Assembly (NCBI GenBank): GCA_002269645.1
Contig: NIVC01003618.1
Location: forward strand, 23,278-87,277
Direction: 5' to 3'
Source: Macrostomum lignano
Taxonomy: Eukaryota
DNA length: 64,000 bases
Program-made: the position numbers and the translations under genes
Part shown: positions 15,085-29,261 of the stretch, one piece after another
Layout: every line of letters begins with the position of its first letter
Numbering within the stretch: the first letter of the stretch is position 1
The notes under the pieces: model-generated
What the model saw: only the letters and a program-made list of their open reading frames with translations
The model's database searches: none
What the model was told of the DNA's origin: nothing

Positions 15085-15885
15085 ATTGAGATCAATATTG
15101 GTCATTGTGCTGTCATTCAACATGACTGAGATCAATATTGGTCATTGTGCTGTCATTCAAGATGACTGAGATCAATATTGGTCATTGTGCTGTCATTCAA
15201 GATGACTGAGATCAATATTGGTCATTGTAGGCCATTCAAGATGACTGAGATCAATATTGGTCATTGTGCTGTCATTCAACATGACTGAGATCAATATTGG
15301 TCATTGTGGGTCATTCAAGATGACTGAGATCAATATTGGTCATTGTGCTGTCATTCAAGATGACTGAGATCAATATTGGTCATTGTGGGTCATTCAAGAT
15401 GACTGAGATCAATATTGGTCATTGTGCTGTCATTCAACATGACTGAGATCAATATTGGTCATTGTGGGTCATTCAAGATGACTGAGATTAATATTGGTCA
15501 TTGTGGGTCATTCAAGATGACTGAGATCAATATTGGTCATTGTGGAGTCATTCTAGATTACTGAGATCAATCTCGGTCATTTTGGGGTCATTCTAGGTGA
15601 CGTGACTGAGTTGAATATTGATCATTGTGAGGTCATTCTAGATGTCTGAAATGAATATTGATCATTGTGAAGTCATTCTAGATGTCTGAGATCAATATTG
15701 GTCATTGTGAGGTCATTCTAGATTACTGAGATCAATCTCGGTTATTTTAGGTGACTGAGTTGAATATTGATCTTTGTGGGGTCATTCTGGATGACTGATA
15801 TCAATACGAGCGTATTGGTCATTGCGGGGTCATTCTGGATGACTGACATCAATACTGGTCATTGTGGAGTCATTCTAGAGAACTG
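15085..15885. repeat. 40-bp minisatellite (ATGACTGAGATCAATATTGGTCATTGTGCTGTCATTCAAG)
   Basis: 40-nt period, degenerate toward the 3' end. Confidence 0.95.
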
Positions 15886-16364
15886 AGATGATCTGACCTT
15901 CAAAACTCCTTCATCTTGCGAAAATTCACAGTTCCTCACCTGCGCTGGCCAGTGGCACCGTCAGGCCCAGGTGAGCGGCCGTCCCTCGCCAAAGGCAGCC
16001 CTCCCGGGGTTTCTGTTGAATCTTCCAGTGTTGCTTTTCGCCAGATTTTCGCTCCCAGAAGAATTTCCAGACTGGCCGGAGCTGTCAGCGGCCGGCAGCC
16101 TGAGTGACAGCCGCGGCCGGGGCGCAAAGCACCTGCGAAGCTGCCACTTCGGCCAATTTTCACCTGGCCGGACAGCCTGGACGGGTGCTGGGCTTATTTT
16201 ATTTTTTATTCGCCCCGCCGCCTCGGTTTATCTTGGCAACGGCACTCGCCAACTTTTCACTTCTGCCGGCTCCTGTTACACCCAGCTGTCACCATCCGCC
16301 TCCTCCTCATTCCCTACCCTCTAGTCTACCGTCCCTACCTTCTCATCTACCTACCCTACTCTCT

Positions 16365-16707
<343 letters not shown>

Positions 16708-17379
16708 GATGTAAGCAGGTCAAAGCACTGTCGACAGACAGGATGATGAAGTGAAAAAATGAAAATCAGAGGCCACTGTGGTGCAAAGAAACAAAGCCGC
16801 CTGGGAACTCAGAAGCAGTTTGGTCACCTGGCGCCAGCGGGGCTGCCAGGTGAAAGCTGTGTCCCTGTTGTCTCCCCTGTAATTTGCTTCCACCAGCCCT
16901 CCCCAAGCGGAGTTGAGCCACTCAGCCCCCTTGGAAGCCCTCCGCAGATTTAGTGGTCAAGTTTTAATTTCCTACTTTAATCAACACGTGGCTGCCATGG
17001 CCGGGGCTGGGGCAGAGCTGGATGGCCGACTCCCCTGGTCGCCACAAAGCCGATCGATGCTGTAATTGAGAGCCGGCTCGGCCGCGCGGGTGTCTCCCAG
17101 TCTGCCCGGGCGGCTTGGGTCCGGAGCTGCCGGATTTCAACTGCACTTGAAAACGGAGTGAAAGTCGGAGCGAAACCCCCAGCCCCCTCAGACTGACAGG
17201 TGGCGGTCGTCTGTGGCTTACCAGCCCCCTTTCAATCTTTGCGAGGCTGCTGCTACACGCTTCCCAGCCTCCTTATCTGCCTCATCTGCAGAATCCCTCA
17301 GCCCCCCCCACCCGCCTGACACATTCGGATGCACTGTTCCAAGGCCTAACATAACAATGCTCATTTCGGCAGGGACTCC

Positions 17380-17583
17380 AGATGTAGCTGCAGATGAAGC
17401 TGCAGATGAAGCTGCAGATGAAGCTGCAGATGAAGCTGCAGATGAAGCTGCAGATGAAGCTGCAGATGAAGCTGCAGATGAAGCAGCAGATGAAGCTCCA
17501 GATGAAGCTGCAGATGAAGCTGCAGATGAAGCAGCAGATGAAGCTGCAGATGAAGATCCAGATGAAGCTGCAGATGAAGCTGC
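17380..17583. repeat. 12-bp minisatellite (GCTGCAGATGAA)
   Basis: About 16 units, ~400 bp upstream of the DEG/ENaC start codon. Confidence 0.95.
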
Positions 17584-17979
17584 ACTCTCTGTCGAGTCTG
17601 CCTAAGAGCTGCCGACTTCATTGGGTTGCCAATGGACTGCAGCTGTGGTCTCATTGGCCAGCTGGGGGGGGGGGGGGCAGCTCCCAGTCCCTGCCAACCC
17701 CGGGTCCGCCTCGTCTTTACCCGCTTGCCCCGCTGCCCCCGCTTTTACAACCTGGCAGAGCAGCCCGAAGCGCAGAGAAGCAGAGGAGCGGAGGAGCGCC
17801 GATCGTAAAAGCGTAGAGTCGCCGACCCCCAGTGACGGTCTGGCAGCAGCTGTTTGAGCCACTGCGCGCTTATTTTTCCGGCCAAGTCAAGATGTCAGCA
17901 GCCGAGCCGCTGTTGTAAGAGTTTCTTTTGATTGCCCTGGCGAACCTTCTCGCTTCTCACTGAGCCCCTGACCGGCCTC

Positions 17980-20900
17980 ATGGACCCCCGCCCGATGGAC
18001 CTCGCCTCCATGCTGGGCCGATACAGCTTCGACTTTGATGAGGCCTCAGCTGATGACGAGGCCGGCACAACCACCTTCTCGTCCTCGCTGGCGGCTGCCG
18101 GCGGTCTCAGCGGGCAGCTCAAGCAGCCGCCGTCCTCGCTGTCCACCGCCTCTGGCGTCTACGGCGGCGGCAACGGCGGAGGCGGCGGCAGCGGCAGCGG
18201 CAGCAGCGGCGCCGGCTGCCTGCCTGGCAATTTTTCGTCCCTCCCGCGCGTCCTCGGCTGCGGCAGCCATCAGCACCAGCGACAGCGCCATCGGCAGCAC
18301 CTGCAGCACCAGTTCCAGCACCACCTGCTGCCCGGGGGTGCCATCTCTGACGGAGGCGCCAGCCAGCTGACTGCAACACCGCGGCACCGACCGCACCATG
18401 CGACCCCGTCGAGGCAGTCGCCGCCGCCGCAGCCACCGCTGCCGGCTCAGCCGACCGGCCGCGCCCAGTTCGGCCCGTTCGCCCTGAAGTTTCTGCGCCG
18501 CTCGCCGCCCGCCAAGTCGCTGTGGCTGGTGGCGCTGGTGCTCGGCGCGGCCCTGACCGGCTTCCACCTGTGGCGCCTCTGGGCCGCCTTCAGCAGCGGC
18601 CGGACGGTCCTGACGGCTGGCCGGCCGCGCCCGTTCGTTTTCCCGGACGTGACGATCTGCCCGCCCAGCGCCTTCTTCCGCCGCGACGTCAGCAAGCCGG
18701 ACACGCTGGAGGGCAGCAACCGGACGTTCGGCTTCGACATCCTGGTGAACTCGGCGCCCGCCCTGTGGCGCTACGTGCTGTACGGCAACATGTCGCTGCA
18801 GCACCTCACGCAGGCGCAGCGGGAGTACGCCTCCCGGCTGGCCCTGCTCAGCATCTTCCGGTACTACATCAACTCAAGCGCTGTGCTCAGCCCGCTGGAC
18901 ATGGTGGCCTACTGCCGCTACCAGGGCCGCCTCTGCGACATGGACAGCTTCTCCATCTTCTTCCACCCGGCTCACGGCTCCTGCATCACCTTCCACCCGC
19001 CCGTGCGAGCGGTGCGGGCCACCCACCTGGATACGGACAGCCCGGGCCTGGTGCTGCAGCTGCACACCCTCAGCCCCAGCAACTGGCTGCTCACCGGCGA
19101 CTCCCAGACCAGCATGACTCACCGGCACAGCTACACTGCGGCGCTGCATCAGCCTCTCACCTGGCCCAGCTTCCAGCGGGTCTCCCACATCAACAGCGGC
19201 CGCATCACCTCCATGCGTGTCTCCATGCGGCAGGTGCGCCGCGACCAGCTGGACTTTGACGACATTGATGAGGCCGGACTCGGACAGACGGTAAGGCGGT
19301 TTTGATGGCGCACTCATTCCAGCATCCCAGATCCTTCGTCATCACTGATTCCAGATTCTCAGATTCCTTCATCATCACTGATTCCAGATTCTCACATTCC
19401 TTCATCATCACTGATTCCATATTCTCAGATTCCTTTATCATCACTGATTCCAGATTCTCAGATTCCTTCATCATCACTGATTCCAGATTCTCACATTCCT
19501 TCATCATCACTGATTCCATATTCTCAGATTCCTTTATCATCACTGATTCCAGATTCTCAGATTCCTTCATCATCACTGATTCCAGATTCTCAGATTCCTT
19601 CATCATTACTGATTCCAGAATCCCAGATCCTTCATCATCATTGATTCCAGATTCTCACATTCCTTCATCATCATTGATTCCAGATTCTCACATTCATTCA
19701 TCATCACTGATTCCAGATTCTCACATTCATTCATCATCACTGATTCCAGATTCTCACATTCATTCATCATCACTGATTCCAGATTCTCAGATTCCTTCAT
19801 CATCACTGATTCCAGATTCTCACATTCATTCATCATCACTGATTCCAGATTCTCACATTCATTCATCATCACTGATTCCAGATTCTCACATTCATTCATC
19901 ATCACTGATTCCAGATTCTCAGATTCCTTCATCATCACTGATTCCAGATTCTCACATTCATTCATCATCACTGATTCCAGATTCTCACATTCATTCATCA
20001 TCACTGATTCCAGATTCTCACATTCATTCATCATCACTGATTCCAGATTCTCAGATTCCTTCATCATCTCTGATTCCAGAATCCCAGATCCTTCATCATT
20101 ACTGATTCCAGAATCCCAGATCCTTCATCATCACTGATTCCAGAATCCCAGACCCTTCATCATCACTGATTCCAGAATCCCAGATCCTAGAACCCAGAAC
20201 CAGGAGTCAACCGCTGAGCTGCTCACCTTCGCAGCGCCGCCCATCCCGCCGACTCCCGCAGGCGGAGCCGATCGCCGCGGCCACGGCCAGCTACTGCTTC
20301 GGCGGCCAGGCCCGCTGGTGCCGCCGCTACGCCAGCCGCCGCGAGGACCGCCTGCGGGTCCTCCGCCAGCGCGAGCTGCTGAGCACCTGCGGCTGCCTTA
20401 GCGACTCCCTGCCGGTGCCGGAGCGGCTCGCCGACAAGCCGTCGTGCGTCGGCGTCCGCGAGCCGATCCTGCTGCAGTTCGACCCGCGCCGGGCCAAGTA
20501 CGTGGGCCGCTACCTGTACATCCTGGACCGCGGCCGCGAGATGCGCTGGATTGAGGACACGCGCGACTACGCGGCCTTCAAGCGCTGGGTGGACTGCTTC
20601 CTGCGCCACTTCCCCCGGCCGCTGGACGAGGCCCGGTTGGGCGCGGCCGACCCCGACGCCGTGAGCACCAGCTACCGGGCCGAGGTGGACTCTGGGCCCT
20701 GGTTCCAGTCCACGGACACGCTGCACGCTGCCTACATCTCGCAGAACCTCCGTCTGTACGAGCAGCAGGTGGTGCGGCCGGAGGCGCGGCGCCGGAACGC
20801 CAGCCTGCCAGTGCAGGCCTACCTGCGGCGGCTGCAGGGCCCCGAGCAGTTCAGCATCCACGCGCACAAGGTGCTGCAGAGCAACACCGGCATGCTGGAG

Positions 20901-21314
20901 GTCCGACCGGCCTCGCTGCTCAGCCAGCAGGTGTCCGAGGTGTGGCTGTACCCGCTGTCCGCCTTCCTGGCCGACGCTGGCGGCGCTCTCGGCCTCCTGC
21001 TGGGCGCCTCGCTGGTGGGCCTGCTGGAGTGCCTCGACGCGCTGCTTATGCTGGCCTGCTGCCGAGGGCGAGCGTCGGCAACGTCGGCAGCGGCAGCGGC
21101 GGCTTCAGGAGACGCCTTCGGCAATCGGAGGGCTGCTGCAAGGACTGGCTACGGGCACGGAGACAGTTACTGCGGAGTGGGCAGCGTCAAGAGCCGGCAC
21201 AGGCAGCAGCGGCAGCGGCAGGGGCGTCGGTGTCGGGACAGCGGCTGCCGCTGCCACTGCCAGTGCGAAGGCGGCGGCGGCGACGGAGGCGGCAGCGGCC
21301 ACTTGACTTGCTGA
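17980..21314 (+). CDS. DEG/ENaC (amiloride-sensitive Na+ channel superfamily) subunit, 2 exons (17980-19290; 20262 or 20235-21314), ~790 aa
   Basis: TM1 SLWLVALVLGAALTGFHLW; post-M1 FPDVTICP; YCRYQGRLC..F..FFHPAHGSCITF; GLVLQL; thumb Cys TCGCLS; TM2 FLADAGGALGLLLGASLVGLLE with the GAS filter at 21003-21011; donor ACG|GTAAGG at 19291; both candidate acceptors are phase 0. Confidence 0.9.
19320..20190. repeat. 33-bp intronic minisatellite (ATCACTGATTCCAGATTCTCAGATTCCTTCATC)
   Basis: 33-nt period filling the DEG/ENaC intron. Confidence 0.95.
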
Positions 21315-21434
21315 CCCCCCCCCCCGCCTGCGGTCACGTGTTGGACAGCCCGTATCGATATCGATATTGCTATATTGCTATAGTATTTTGTAATTTGCGA
21401 ACTCTGTTGTCACTCTGCGCAGATTGCCGGTGGG

Positions 21435-21890
21435 CGATGGAGCATTTGAGGAGTCTGGGAGTCAGTGATGAAGAATCTTTGGGAGTCTGAGAGTCAGTGA
21501 TTTAAGATTTGAGGAGTTTGATGGTCAGTGATGAAGCATCATTGGGAGTCTAAGGGTCACTGATGGATCATTTTAGGAGGCTGGAAGTCAGTGATGAGGG
21601 ATCTTACGGAGGCTGACGGTCAGTGATGGAGGATCTTTGAGAGTCGGGGGGTCAGTGATGAATTATTTGAAGAGACTGGAAGTCAGTGATGAAGCTTCTG
21701 GAGAGGCTGAGGGTCAGTGATGGAGCACTTGAGGAGGCTGGGGTTCAGTGATGGAGCATTTGAGGAGTCTAGGAGTCAGTGCTGGAGGATCTTTGGGAGT
21801 CTGAAGGTCTGTGATGGAGCATTTTGGGAGACTGAGGGCCAGTAAATGGAGGATTAGAGGAGGCTGAGAGTCGGTGATGAAGGATGAAGC
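21435..21890. repeat. Degenerate ~32-bp repeat, inverted relative of the 19320 family
   Basis: Units such as GGAGTCTGGGAGTCAGTGATGAAGAATCTT; the reverse complement resembles ATCACTGATTCCAGAATCCCAGATCCTTC. Confidence 0.7.
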
Positions 21891-22461
21891 CTGTCTCCCT
21901 GCTCCCCGCCCAGCCACGCCCCCAGCCGCAGCCCATGAAACCCCAATCGCGGTGAGTTTTGATCCCTCCCGAAAGCTGCCAGCCCCGGCGGCACAAATAG
22001 AGCAGAGAATAAGTATTTGCGTTTTGCACCATAGTTTTTGATGGAGCAGAAAAACACAGAAAAACTTGCTTGCTTCTTTCTGGCATCTCCCGTCCCGGCC
22101 GGCCGGTCGATACGCCTGCGAGCCAACGGTTTTGGCTTCTTTTGTTCCCAGCTTTGCTTTCCTGTGGCGGAAGCGGCTTTAACCATTGAGCACCGGCGCC
22201 CAGAAACATCTCGTTTCTCATTTTCCTGCGACTAAAAAAAGAAACTCCCCCCAGACAGGGGGCGCGGGCTGATGGATCGATCGCACTGCCTGCCGAAGGT
22301 GCGGCTGCCCTCGCCCGCCCGGCTCATTATGCAGAACGCCTGAGTCATTCACGCTGAGCTGACTTCTCAAATGTGTTCCTAGCTGCTGCTGAGCTGCCAT
22401 TGTGGTGGGGGACGAGTACAGGAGTTCTTTGGTATGCAAGATCACCCACATATTTAGTTGC

Positions 22462-23623
<1,162 letters not shown>

Positions 23624-24384
23624 ATCTAGAATCGGTGATGATAAAGGATCTGGAATTGTGGAATCAGCGCTAATGAAGGATTCGGGAGTTTGGAATCAGA
23701 GTAAAGGGTCAGGGGTCTCACAGATTCGGAACTGGATGCACAGTCACCCATGACTGTACCCAGAGCAGTGCTCGTGCCAAAGGCTGGACTCCGCCTGCAA
23801 GGGGCTCTCAGCTTCATTCACGGCCCAGCCGCCCCTCACTTACAGAGCCACACTTTTTGTGAAGTGATTAATTTGATTCCGAGCAGAGAGCTCGCCAGTT
23901 TCTCAGTCGCTTCCCATGCAGACTCAACTGGGCCGAGATGGAGAGCGGGAGGCTGGGGTCTCCCAGTTCCTTCTCCCATCTCCGCAGCTCTCTTTTACAG
24001 CAGTCAAATTGGCTGAGAGATATGAGCGTATCTTGGCGTGCCTGGCCAAGGAGAACAGGATTAATGGCACCTGGATTTACGGGGGGGGGAATCACCAAGC
24101 CAATTCGGTCTAACTTTCGCCACTGTTTCGGTGGGAAAGGCTGATGCAGCAGCTGGCTGAGCCAGCCAGATGCCAGAGTTCGGCCTCCATGGCTGCTCAG
24201 CTTTGATTGATGCAGAGTGCGAACTGTTGCTCCCGAGCCGTGGCTGGACAAATTCCAGCCTCCCTGCGTCTGGCGACCGGTCCGCTGAACTCTGAGAGCC
24301 GCTTCCTGCTCGGAGCTTCATTCAAAAGGTGTGTGCGATTGCTCACACCAGCTGTTCATCCATCAGTGATAACCGGAACTGAGC

Positions 24385-25735
24385 CACAGATATCAGGGAG
24401 TCACTCACTGAGAATCGCTCACGAGAGTCACTGCTCATTGATAATCGTTCATGAGAGTCACTGCTCATTGATAATCGCTCATGAGAGTCAATACTTACTG
24501 AGAATCGCTCATGAGAGTTACTGCTCATTGAGAATCGCTCACGAGAGTCACTGCTCATTGAGAATCGCTCATGAGAGTCACTGCTCACTGAGAATCGCTC
24601 ATGAGAGTCACTGCTCATTGATAATCGCTCATGAGAGTCACTGCTCATTGAGAATCACCCATGAGAGTCATTACTCACTGAGAATCGCTCACGAGAGTTA
24701 CTGCTCATTGAGAATCGCTCATGAGAGTCACTGCTCATTGAGAATCGCTCATGAGAGTCACTGCTCATTGAGAATCGCTCATGAGAATCACTGCTCATTG
24801 AGAATCGCTCATGATAGTCACTGCTCATTGAGAATCGCTCATGAGAGTCACTGCTCATTGAGAATCGCTCATGAGAGTCACTGCTCATTGAGAATCGCTC
24901 ATGAGAGTCATTGCTCATTGAGAATCGCTCACGAGAGTCACTGCTCATTGAGAATCACCCATGAGAGTCACTGCTCATTGAGAATCGCTCATGAGAGTCA
25001 TTGCTCATTGAGAATCACCCATGAGAGTCATTACTCACTGAGAATCGCTCATGAGAGTCACTGCTCATTGAGAATCGCTCATGAGAGTCATTACTCACTG
25101 AGAATCGCTCATGAGAGTCACTGCTCATTGAGAATCGCTCATGAGAGTCACTGCTCATTGAGAATCGCTCATGGGTCACTGCTCATTGAGAATCGCTCAT
25201 GAGAGTCACTGCTCATTGATAATCGCTCATGAGAATCACTGCTCATTGAGAATCGCTCATGAGAGTTACTGCTCATTGAGAATCCGTCATGAGAGTCACT
25301 GCTCATTGAGAATCACTCATGAGAGTTACTGCTCATTGAGAATCGCTCATGAGAGTCACTGCTCATTGAGAATCACCCATGAGAGTCACTGCTCATTGAG
25401 AATCGCTCATGGGTCACTGCTCATTGAGAATCGCTCATGAGAGTCACTGCTCATTGAGAATCGCTCATGAGAGTCACTGCTCATTGAGAATCGCTCATGA
25501 GAGTCACTGCTCACTGAGAATCGCTCATGAGAGTCACTGCTCATTGAGAATCGCTCATGAGAGTCATTGCTCATTGAGAATCACCCATGAGAGTCACTGC
25601 TCATTGAGAATCGCTCACGAGAGTCACTGCTTATTGAGAATCGCTCATGAGAGTCACTGCTCATTGAGAATCGCTCACGAGAGTCACTGCTCATTGAGAA
25701 TCGCTCATGAAACTCACTGCTCATTGAGAATCACA
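24385..25735. repeat. 30-bp minisatellite (GAGAATCGCTCATGAGAGTCACTGCTCATT)
   Basis: 30-nt period, with two units shortened by 2 bp. Confidence 0.97.
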
Positions 25736-25944
25736 GAACCAAACATGCCAAAAGATTTGCCACACAGAACACAGGTGACAGACTCAGAGGAAGAAGTCTC
25801 ATTCCACCCAAGAAGCAGTTCAGAGTCCCCGAGCTCAGCTGCAAACTTTATGAACAGCCGGATCGCGTGAGGCGAGCTGCTATGAACATAAATTATGAAA
25901 CTGTTTGCGAGCCGGGCTGCAAAAGCGCAATAAACACTGCAGGC

Positions 25945-26075
25945 CCGTGCCAGGCTTGTGCAGTGCAGGTTGCGTGACTCAGACGCGCGGGTGCGGTCTC
26001 GGGCTCGAATCGATCAGGTGAGCCTCTTTTTGTACTCCAGCGACTACCTACTTTTTTGTGGCCTCTTTGAGCGAC
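25945..26075 (+). mobile_element. Possible tRNA-derived SINE head; a second partial copy at 26876-26950
   Basis: B-box-like GGCTCGAATCG at 26002; the ~75-bp segment GGTCTC..CTCGAATCGATC..AGCGA(C/T)TACCTACTTTTTTG..CCTCTTTGA occurs at both loci. Confidence 0.35.
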
Positions 26076-26114
26076 CGGCTGACCCTGTCCTTTGCAGGGT
26101 CAGTCGGATGGACA

Positions 26115-26750
26115 CAAACAGATGGCTGTGTCTTTTCTGCAGGGTGTTAGACAGATGGCTGTGTCCTTTCTGCAGGGTGTTAGACAGATGGCTGTGTCCT
26201 TTCTGCAGGGTGTTAGACAGATGGCTGTGTCCTTTCTGCAGGGTGTTAGACAGATGGCTGTGTCCTTTCTGCAAGGTGTTAGACAGATGGCTGTGTCCTT
26301 TACGCAGGGTGTTAGACAGATGGCTGTGTCCTTTCTGCAGGGTGTTAGACAGATGGCTGTGTCCTTTCTGCAGGGTGTTAGACAGATGGCTGTGTCCTTT
26401 CTGCAAGGTGTTAGACAGATGGCTGTGTCCTTTACGCAGGGTGTTAGACAGATGGCTGTGTCCTTTCTGCAGGGTGTTAGACAGATGGCTGTGTCCTTTC
26501 TGCAGGGTGTTAGACAGATGGCTGTGTCCTTTCTGCAGGGTGTTAGACAGATGGCTGTGTCCTTTCTGCAGGGTGTTAGACAGATGGCTGTGTCCTTTCT
26601 GCAGGGTGTTAGACAGATGGCTGTGTCCTTTCTGCAGGGTGTTAGACAGATGGCTGTGTCCTTTACGCAGGGTGTTAGACAGATGGCTGTGTCCTTTCTG
26701 CAGGGTGTTAGACAGATGGCTGTGTCTTCCATGCAAGGGTGTTAGACAGG
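26115..26750. repeat. 33-bp minisatellite (GACAGATGGCTGTGTCCTTTCTGCAGGGTGTTA), locus 1
   Basis: About 19 near-identical units with no spacers. Confidence 0.97.
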
Positions 26751-27774
26751 GCCCACCGCAGTCCAGCACTCCGTGCTATTTGAAGCCAAAGCTCAACACC
26801 AGACACCATATGTGTTAAATAAATATATTTTATTGATTCCGAGTCCTTTCGCAGGCAACCTTCACCAGTAACTGTGGTCTCAGACTCGAATCGATCTGAT
26901 AAGCACCCTCGTACGACAGCGATTACCTACTTTTTTGCGCCTCTTTGAACGTCTAACTCGAAGCGCACAAAGACGGCCTTCTTTAAACTTCTGTGAACGG
27001 CACCAAAGAACAATATTAACTCTACTTTTCTATCAAAGAGGGCCGCCAGTTGTGACGCCACCCGACACCTCGTCCGACAGTTCCGGGTTCCGGCCCGCGC
27101 ACACAGAGCCAAGCCAGATCTTTTGAATCAAGTTTTTGATCATCGCGCGCCGACACCGCTCGACAACTTCCTGACTGATCGTGAAGCATCAGAGCCGGAC
27201 AGACATCAGAGCAGAGGACTACCTGCCCCCATCGTGCCATGTCACGTGAAATTTTTTAGAAACATAGAGCCCCCCCCCCACCCCAAGGTCTGTCACTCCG
27301 CGTCTCTCAGCATTTCCGGTCTCTGGGCCAGGGGGGGAGGGGCGGCCGGTCTTTGCGAGCCTCGCAGCTGCCTTGGCCTTGCCTTGTCTTTGCTCTCCTC
27401 TCCGCTCCGCTCCTCTCCTCGCTAAAACTCCCTCGTCAGCCGGGCTCAAAGGGGGCAGGAGCAGCAGGGAGGCGCAGGGGATGAGAGATGCGAGCTGCAT
27501 CAGCAGCAGCAGCAGCATCAGCAGCAGCAGCAGCAACCCCCGCCCCTTGTCCAAGAAAACAAGGCAGACGCGTTTTGCCACCCTTCCACCTGGACGGCTT
27601 GTTTTCTGCCATGGGCGCTCGACCTCTCTGTATTCGATTTTTGAATCAAATTTGAATACAGGACTCAGATGGGCGATGGAGGAAGCTGGGGGCGGGGAGA
27701 GGGTGAGAAGTGGTGGAGACAGCGGCTGAGAGGGAAGTTGAAGGTTTCTTTAGTTTGAGAGAGGAAATGAAGGC

Positions 27775-27885
27775 AAGTAGATAGCCAGTAGATAGCCAGT
27801 AGATAGCCAGTAGATAGCCGGTAGATAGCCGGTAGATAGCGGGTAGATAGCCGGCAGATAGCCGGTAGATAGCAGGTAGATAGAC
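27775..27885. repeat. 11-bp repeat (ATAGCCAGTAG)
   Basis: Seen directly. Confidence 0.85.
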
Positions 27886-28359
27886 AAGCGAGTTGAGAGA
27901 AGCCCCGCGTGGGGAGGCTCGGTGAAGGAGCCTTGGCATGCCAATGACATGACAGACGAGTTAAAAGTGTCAAACTGACAGGTCCGAGACAGAAGCTGGG
28001 CTGCTCGTCTCAAGCAAACTCTCGCGAGCTGAATTGGCAAACAAAAGATTTTGAATTTGAGCAGAGTGACATCGGTCCCCGACGCCTTCGCCGCGTGCGG
28101 TTGTCATGGAAACGAAAGAATGGACCGGCGGGAGTGAAGGAACTTGACACTGAGCTGGGGGGGGGGCATCTGAGAGTCGCCTGGGCGCAGCTTCACTGCC
28201 GGGTCTTCTCCTTCCAACCGCAGGCTTCTCTTTGCTCATGCGACCGAGCTCTCGGGTTCTCCGCCCACTCTGACCCGCGGAGCTGCATTCTAGCGATCAA
28301 TCTGTGCGTCACTGGCTGTGCGTTCTGGCTCGCATGCTGCCTTAGTGGTACACGGGCCT

Positions 28360-29035
28360 CTCATCTACCTCTCTCATCTCCCCTCTCTTCTCCCCTCTCT
28401 CATCTCCCCTCTCTCATCTCCCCTCTCTCATTTCAACTTATAAGAATGAGAGGGGGGCATCTCTCCCCTCTCTCATCTCCCCTTTCTCATCTCCTCTCTC
28501 TCATCTCCCCTCTCTCATCTCCCCTCTCTCATCTCCCCTCTCTCATTTCAACTTATGAGAATGAGAGGGGGGTATCTCTTCCTCTCTCATCTCCCCTCTC
28601 TCATCTCTTCCTCTCTCATCTCCCCTCTCTCATCTCTTCCTCTCTCATCTCCCCTCTCTCATCTCCCCTCTCTCATCTCCCCTCTCTCATCTCCCCTCTC
28701 TCATCTCCCCTCTCTCATCTCCCCTCTCTCATCTCTTCCTCTCTCATCTCCCCTCTCTCATCTCCCCTCTCTCATCTCCCCTCTCCTATCTCCCCTCTCT
28801 CATTTCCCCTCTCTCATCTCCCCTCTCTCATCTCCCCTCTCTCATCTCCCCTCTCTCATCTCCCCTCTCCTTTCTCCCATCTCTCATTTCCCCTCTCTCA
28901 TCTCCCATCTCTCATCTCCCTCTCTCATCTCCCCTCTCTCATCTCCCCTCTCTCATCTCCCCTCTTTCATCTCCCCTCTCTCATCTCCCCTCTCTCATCT
29001 TCACTCTCTCCTCTCCCTTCTCTCATTTCCCCTAT
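28360..29035. repeat. 14-bp repeat (CCCCTCTCTCATCT)
   Basis: Seen directly; interrupted twice by a TTTCAACTTAT(A/G)AGAATGAGAGGGG block. Confidence 0.9.
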
Positions 29036-29261
29036 CTAATCTTCTCTTTATCGCACCTCTATTCTCCCTCATCTCTATTGTCTTTCGTCTCCCTGTCTGG
29101 AATTTCTACTCAAAATTCATACAGAGTTTTGAGCTGCTCCCATTATTTTTCATTCCCAGCAGGTGGCTGCCATCCTCAAAGCAGCGCACTAGGCCATCAC
29201 AGATCCCCAGACGGCAGACCACAGGAAGCTCATTTCCGAACTCTTAAAGCACAATTGTGAG

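Noticed and set aside
17213-17816. DEAA- or KLQM-repeat ORFs as extra DEG/ENaC exons
   Set aside because: They come from a 12-bp repeat, have no supporting splice signals and show no family similarity.
19302-20105. DSRFSDSFIIT and similar repeat ORFs (also 24207-25870, 25958-26818, 30710-31106, 58432-59311)
   Set aside because: They result from repeat periods divisible by 3 or from stop-free units, and lie in introns or intergenic arrays.
26115-26750. CRISPR array (33-bp repeats; also the 30-, 47- and 58-bp arrays)
   Set aside because: Units are contiguous with no unique spacers, there are no cas genes, and the context is eukaryotic.
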